From NCBI GenBank assembly GCA_938091905.1, contig CALKOM010000205.1, forward strand, positions 1-11,414: a DNA stretch of 11,414 nt, in the 5' to 3' direction. How positions within the stretch are numbered: the stretch's first letter is position 1; every line of letters begins with the position of its first letter. Below the pieces are notes generated by a model, which saw only the letters and a program-made list of their open reading frames with translations, made no database searches and was not told where the DNA came from. Source of the DNA: an uncultured Verrucomicrobiales bacterium (GTDB lineage Bacteria; Verrucomicrobiota; Verrucomicrobiia; Verrucomicrobiales; DEV007). Both the position numbers and the translations under genes were made by a program. This document shows positions 7,377 to 11,414 of the stretch, in pieces.

Positions 7377-7411
7377 GCCGCAGCCGAACTTCGACAGTTC
7401 GACTGCGACCT
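7375..7411 (-). terminator. 16-bp stem-loop between convergent genes (terminator or 3'-end stabiliser)
   Basis: Minus-strand RNA AGGUCGCAGUCGAACU-GUCGA-AGUUCGGCUGCGGCCU pairs fully with two G-U wobbles. The plus strand would have two C-A mismatches. No U-tract follows. Confidence 0.6.
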
Positions 7412-7428
7412 CAGAATCAACCAATCAA

Positions 7429-10400
7429 TCAGTTTTGGATGCCTCTGTAGTACCCGCTAGGTTCTGCTAGGCGTCCGGCATCCGTGTCTTCGTATGTTCC
7501 CGACGCACCAGGGGCAATCACGTCCCATCCCGTAAGGTCCGTTGAGTATTCGATGTCTGCCGTTACTCCTTCGATCAGCGAGAAGCTGAAGCCATTCGCG
7601 GTTCGCTGCACGTTTGTTAGATCCATCAGCTCCGGTCCAGGCCCACCATCTCCTTCAGGGAATGGTGTCGTTGCCAATGCCGCAATCTGCTCAGCTGTCA
7701 GCGCCTCATTGTAGGTCGCCCAGCCGTTCATGGTGCTTCCTTCACCGAAGGGATCAATCGGACTCTCCACCTGCGCAGCCATCACACTAACTTCACCACC
7801 AAGGACGAAATCACCTGCCCAAGTGCCCACCTGCTCGCCATCGATGTAGAGCCGAGCTTCACCTGCGGCAGCATCATTCACGATCACTACATGGACTTCC
7901 CTATCAAAGGGCGACGCGACACTCTTGCCATCCAGCGCAGTGAACACGTGGTCTGCCACACCGAACTCCGTAAGCCCAATGAGTCCTTGCTCATTCCACT
8001 GATCCAATTTCAGCCCCCAGGTCGCATTTCCCGCGATCGCTGTCGATGCTCCGCCCTTCACCGCGAAGAAGGAGAATTCAAAACTCGAATCACCTAGCAA
8101 GGTGCCGAAATCCACGACAGTCTGACCCGTGAGAGCACCATCAGAAATAGCCACAGCATCCGCGCGAGGATCGCCGCCGACCTCACCCGCAGCCCAAAGA
8201 ATGCTGTTAAGGAAGAGCTGCTTGCCGTCATCCGTAAGCATATCAAAAGTCGCATCCGTCATCGGAAAGGCAACTCGGCGAGCCGGGGATAGGTTATCCG
8301 TGACCCCAGCTCCGGCTGCGACTTCTCCACCCGTATCCGTAACAAAGAGCATGCTCATGCCATCGACCGCACCGCCAACACCATCGCCCACCGACGTCGT
8401 TCCTGCGGAAAGTTCGCTGGACCCCAGTGTTTCGCCGCCGGTGAAGAGATCAATCGTCATGCCACCGAGGTCACCTGCAAGCGGATGATCATGAAGGGCG
8501 ATCTGCGTCGTATCCGTCGATTTTGTCATGGTCACCGCGCTCTGGCCGAATTCGCCATCAGCACTGGCATCCATGATCGCCTCTTCCCAGTTCAAGATGG
8601 GTACAGCCGAGTTGTGGAACTTGCTCCGCACAGAGCCTGAACCAAACGTGGACGACATGATGATGACGTCTGCCGTTTCCGATCCATTGGTCGATCCAGA
8701 GTTGGCATAACGAATGTTGTCCGCTCCGAAAGATTCCCGAAGGAAAGTCAGCACATTGGCATCCGCGCCTGTCTCGCCGGTGTCATCAGCCCCGAGCACG
8801 AGGAGATCGAGCGGCGGCAAACTAGGCTCCACTGGATCAGGGACTTCCTTCACGACACGAATATAGTCGAACGCCACAATCTCATTCCACCAAGTGGCCT
8901 CTGCCTCAATACGAATGACTAGGTTCGTCGCTCCATCTGGAATGTCATAGGTGATTTCCTTCAAGGCGATATTCAAATCAGTCGTCCCATCAGAGAAGAA
9001 CTTATCGTTTCCTGAGGGAGCTGTGAAATGGATGAGATCCTGGAAACTACCACTGTTATCAGGGTCGATCTTCACATCGAAGAAGTCAGACGTCTCGAAG
9101 TCCAAGGTGCTCGCCGCCACTAGCATTCGCAATTTCAATCCCGTCTCGCCCGTCACATCAACGGGATTTAGAGTGACACTCTTGGGAGAAACCTCCGCCG
9201 CAAACTTATTCAATGCCGCTCCCGCAAAGAAGCCAGTCCCTTCGAAGTCGATAAACGCACCACCACCGAAGACTTGCCCACCTTCGTCGGGCCCATTGAT
9301 CGCCACAATGAGAGGGCGATTCTCGATCACCTGAGATGGCTGCTCATATTTGGTCACCGCGATCTCACCATTCAAGTTCAAAAACAAACTATCGATACCT
9401 AACGCTTCCCAATCAGCTAAGGGTGCCCATACATTCTGATCATCCAATGGCTCGCGCTGGTCCGCACCTGCCACAAAGGTGAAGAAGAGTTCCGAGCCAA
9501 AGTCCAAGGTAGGACTATAGGCAACCCACTCAAAGGCATATTCACCCACAGCAGGAAACGCGACATCCGCATAATTTGACGTACCTTCAACCACAACATC
9601 AAGAAACTCTGGTGTGTCTTGCCTGATCACGGTATCCCCATCATCGATGCCATTCCCATCGAGATCGATACGCAGGCGGGCACCACCAGCGACCCACAAG
9701 GCAATACCAAACGTGCCGGCTTCCTTTACATTGAAGGTTCCAGTCGCCACTGTTGCGAAACTTCCAACCGGATTGCCTGGCACCTCATTGTCCCCACCGT
9801 TTCCAGAAAAGTTTCCGGAATTGCCACTGTCCATATCCGCCACAGGTATGGTCCCTTCACTGATTACTGTCTCCACTTCACCCGAAACCATGGGATCGAT
9901 ATCTGCTAGACTTGTAACCGGAGGAACATCGACAATCGGATAAGTCGCCACCGTGGTCGATCCATCAGGCACTCCTGTTCCCGGAAAGTCTAAAGTCACT
10001 TCGCCGGTGAAAAAGCTAATATCTCCCGTCTTTCCCGCAGCCGCTGGGTGATCAGGATCGGCAACCGTGATATCGCCAAGGTTTCTTGTCTCCGTAGGAC
10101 CGATCGTAGTGACCAGCTCATCGTCATGGTCAGGCCCATTGTAAGTGAGATACGGCACCTTGTAGTTGGTAAATCGGCTAGGATTAGCACCGTTACTGGA
10201 GTGAATAACCAGATCAAAGGAACTCTCCGCAGGAACAGCCCCTGCCACATCATCATCGGTGATGGTCGCCCCGTTGGCCACCAACCGATCAACTAGCAAC
10301 GTGTCTCCATCCCCAGCAGGAGCCGGTGAGAAGAGCACGCGTAGATTGGCCTTGTCCTTGGTGAGCCACGCAATCGTGGCGTCCATCATTTCCAAGCCAT

Positions 10401-10719
10401 CTTCAGTCACGCTCTCAGCAGTCAGCTCATGATGCCAAGCAACGACCGCGCGCCGCGCAGGCGTCTCGCTGGGCACGCCCACAACCGAGACTTCAGAGTT
10501 GAGCCCCCAGTAGACCGGGCCTTCTTGATCAGCGCTGATGCCGTTCGCCGCATGATCCGGGATCTCCGAGACAAATCGGCCTTCGCTAGTGTAGCGGGTG
10601 CCTTCGCCATCATCATTGAAGTTCTCTTCAAACAGGATCTCATCGGCCGCGATGAGTGAAGGAACTGTAAAGGATAGCCACGACGACATGCCGATGGCTA
10701 GGAAGCGTTCTATCTTCAT
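7429..10719 (-). CDS. Large acidic secreted multidomain protein (beta-sandwich, two alpha/beta repeat domains, PA14-like insert, LamG-like domain, C-terminal beta tail)
   Basis: 1096-aa ORF with an N-terminal signal peptide, D/E/G/T-rich and Cys-free. HVVIV.D...GEARLYIDGEQVG...YN.ALTAEQIAAL is a LamG/concanavalin-like signature. IEYSTDL..W.......Y.DTD..R......YYR resembles C-terminal tails of Verrucomicrobia surface proteins. Domain names are by eye. Confidence 0.85.
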   Translation of the reverse strand: MKIERFLAIGMSSWLSFTVPSLIAADEILFEENFNDDGEGTRYTSEGRFVSEIPDHAANGISADQEGPVYWGLNSEVSVVGVPSETPARRAVVAWHHELTAESVTEDGLEMMDATIAWLTKDKANLRVLFSPAPAGDGDTLLVDRLVANGATITDDDVAGAVPAESSFDLVIHSSNGANPSRFTNYKVPYLTYNGPDHDDELVTTIGPTETRNLGDITVADPDHPAAAGKTGDISFFTGEVTLDFPGTGVPDGSTTVATYPIVDVPPVTSLADIDPMVSGEVETVISEGTIPVADMDSGNSGNFSGNGGDNEVPGNPVGSFATVATGTFNVKEAGTFGIALWVAGGARLRIDLDGNGIDDGDTVIRQDTPEFLDVVVEGTSNYADVAFPAVGEYAFEWVAYSPTLDFGSELFFTFVAGADQREPLDDQNVWAPLADWEALGIDSLFLNLNGEIAVTKYEQPSQVIENRPLIVAINGPDEGGQVFGGGAFIDFEGTGFFAGAALNKFAAEVSPKSVTLNPVDVTGETGLKLRMLVAASTLDFETSDFFDVKIDPDNSGSFQDLIHFTAPSGNDKFFSDGTTDLNIALKEITYDIPDGATNLVIRIEAEATWWNEIVAFDYIRVVKEVPDPVEPSLPPLDLLVLGADDTGETGADANVLTFLRESFGADNIRYANSGSTNGSETADVIIMSSTFGSGSVRSKFHNSAVPILNWEEAIMDASADGEFGQSAVTMTKSTDTTQIALHDHPLAGDLGGMTIDLFTGGETLGSSELSAGTTSVGDGVGGAVDGMSMLFVTDTGGEVAAGAGVTDNLSPARRVAFPMTDATFDMLTDDGKQLFLNSILWAAGEVGGDPRADAVAISDGALTGQTVVDFGTLLGDSSFEFSFFAVKGGASTAIAGNATWGLKLDQWNEQGLIGLTEFGVADHVFTALDGKSVASPFDREVHVVIVNDAAAGEARLYIDGEQVGTWAGDFVLGGEVSVMAAQVESPIDPFGEGSTMNGWATYNEALTAEQIAALATTPFPEGDGGPGPELMDLTNVQRTANGFSFSLIEGVTADIEYSTDLTGWDVIAPGASGTYEDTDAGRLAEPSGYYRGIQN

Positions 10720-10812
10720 AGCTGGGACTTCTTGGTTATAGGTGAATTAGGATTTAAAAGCCAGCCGCCTCATTGGGACGCGATTGACCCTCCAGTCCTA
10801 CCAAGAAGCCCG

Positions 10813-10818
10813 ATTATA
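10813..10818 (-). promoter_or_regulatory. Candidate -10 box (TATAAT) upstream of the large secreted protein
   Basis: Perfect TATAAT on the minus strand ~95 nt upstream of ATG 10719; no convincing -35 at canonical spacing. Confidence 0.3.
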
Positions 10819-10847
10819 AGGCAAGGAAATATGACGAAACCGCCACC

Positions 10848-11234
10848 CTAGCCACGCTGCCGCGCTTGCCCAATCCAATTGGATTCTAGAATCTGAGCTT
10901 GCTCCACACCTAACTTGTCCGCCACTTCACAAATCGTCGCGGCCGACCAATGAGCGATGTGAAAAAAGCGGGTGTGTCCCATCGCATGAAGCTGCTTCTC
11001 CATCGCAGGCGACACGCCGGTCAGTTCCGAAAGTCGTTGAGAACCGAGCCCGATGGTCTTGCTAGGAACCGTAACCTCAGCTAGCAACACTTGTTCCACA
11101 CGTGAGCGCCGCCGCCGACGCAAAGAGAGCTTGTTATGACGTCGGGTACGAGCCGAATGGGGTACCGGACCCGAGGCCGAAACGGGACTACGGCGGGACC
11201 GACGGGAACGTTGGCGAGATTCTCTGATTGACAT
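10848..11234 (-). CDS. Small Arg-rich protein with C-terminal helix-hairpin-helix-like domain (COG3743-like)
   Basis: The C-terminus LSELTGVSPAMEKQLHAMGHTRFFHIAHWS...VADKLG.....ILESNWIGQAR matches the L..I.G.GP..E..L...G...F.QIA.W.....W..QA pattern of COG3743-type domains. ATG 11234 has GAGGG 8 nt upstream and is preferred to the TTG at 11270, giving 128 aa. Confidence 0.7.
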   Translation of the reverse strand: MSIRESRQRSRRSRRSPVSASGPVPHSARTRRHNKLSLRRRRRSRVEQVLLAEVTVPSKTIGLGSQRLSELTGVSPAMEKQLHAMGHTRFFHIAHWSAATICEVADKLGVEQAQILESNWIGQARQRG

Positions 11235-11292
11235 ACGTTGGACCCTCAACTGATCCCCTTTCCAACGCAACGCCAGAAATGGAGGAACTCAG

Positions 11293-11414
11293 CTACTGCG
11301 TCGCCGTTATCTCAGACGGCCGGACATCACTCTGCAACGCATCAAAGCGCACCGCATCGATGTCAAATGCCGCTAAGGTGATCCCTGGCAGGACCGAATC
11401 AGAGGCCAGCACCG
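11293..11414 (-). CDS. 3' end of an unidentified gene (truncated by window edge)
   Basis: Open minus frame from the window edge: VLASDSVLPGITLAAFDIDAVRFDALQSDVRPSEITATQ-TAG (11295-11293). Composition is protein-like and it ends 58 nt before the next ATG. Confidence 0.5.
   Translation of the reverse strand, partial: VLASDSVLPGITLAAFDIDAVRFDALQSDVRPSEITATQ

Noticed and set aside
4430..7424. Alternative-frame and antisense ORFs over MMPL and sufT (e.g. 4430..4663, 5801..6202, 6281..6682, 7164..7424)
   Set aside because: They lie almost entirely within confidently assigned genes and have shadow-ORF composition.
7484..10659. Ser/Pro-rich plus-strand ORFs and short minus off-frame ORFs inside the 1096-aa gene
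   Set aside because: Expected antisense products of a Gly/Asp/Glu-rich coding strand; no independent evidence.
11235..11270. TTG 11270 start for the HhH-like protein
   Set aside because: ATG 11234 has a well-spaced GAGGG; the TTG has no RBS.
1..11414. tRNA (including tRNA-Sec), rRNA, CRISPR array or sel genes
   Set aside because: Intergenic gaps are short and none shows a cloverleaf or repeat-spacer pattern. The Sec machinery, if present, must be elsewhere in the genome.

Overview
An 11.4-kb bacterial window. Gene content (Planctomycete-type cytochrome c/DUF1592 plus DUF1552 pair, a large acidic secreted protein, long-form SufT) points to the PVC superphylum, most likely Verrucomicrobiota; this is an inference. 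Left to right: the 3' end of an IS5-family transposase with its probable right end; a damaged ArsR/SmtB regulator; a minus-strand block of DUF1592-type cytochrome c, DUF1552 protein and a small exported protein; a divergent MMPL/RND exporter and sufT; a 1096-aa modular secreted protein; a small HhH-type protein; and the 3' end of an unidentified gene. Main result: the 86-aa ORF at 518..778 is the distal part of a 131-aa reading frame (913..518). That frame has a signal peptide and one in-frame TGA in a thioredoxin-like YYYFDG-U-V-L-C (UxxC) motif, followed by a SECIS-like hairpin, so it is a candidate exported selenoprotein that standard ORF calling splits. Also notable: the ArsR gene appears hit three ways (IS end 23 bp upstream, a 17-bp tandem duplication frameshift, probable stop-codon loss), and the large protein appears to carry a circularly permuted, nested copy of one of its own domains.
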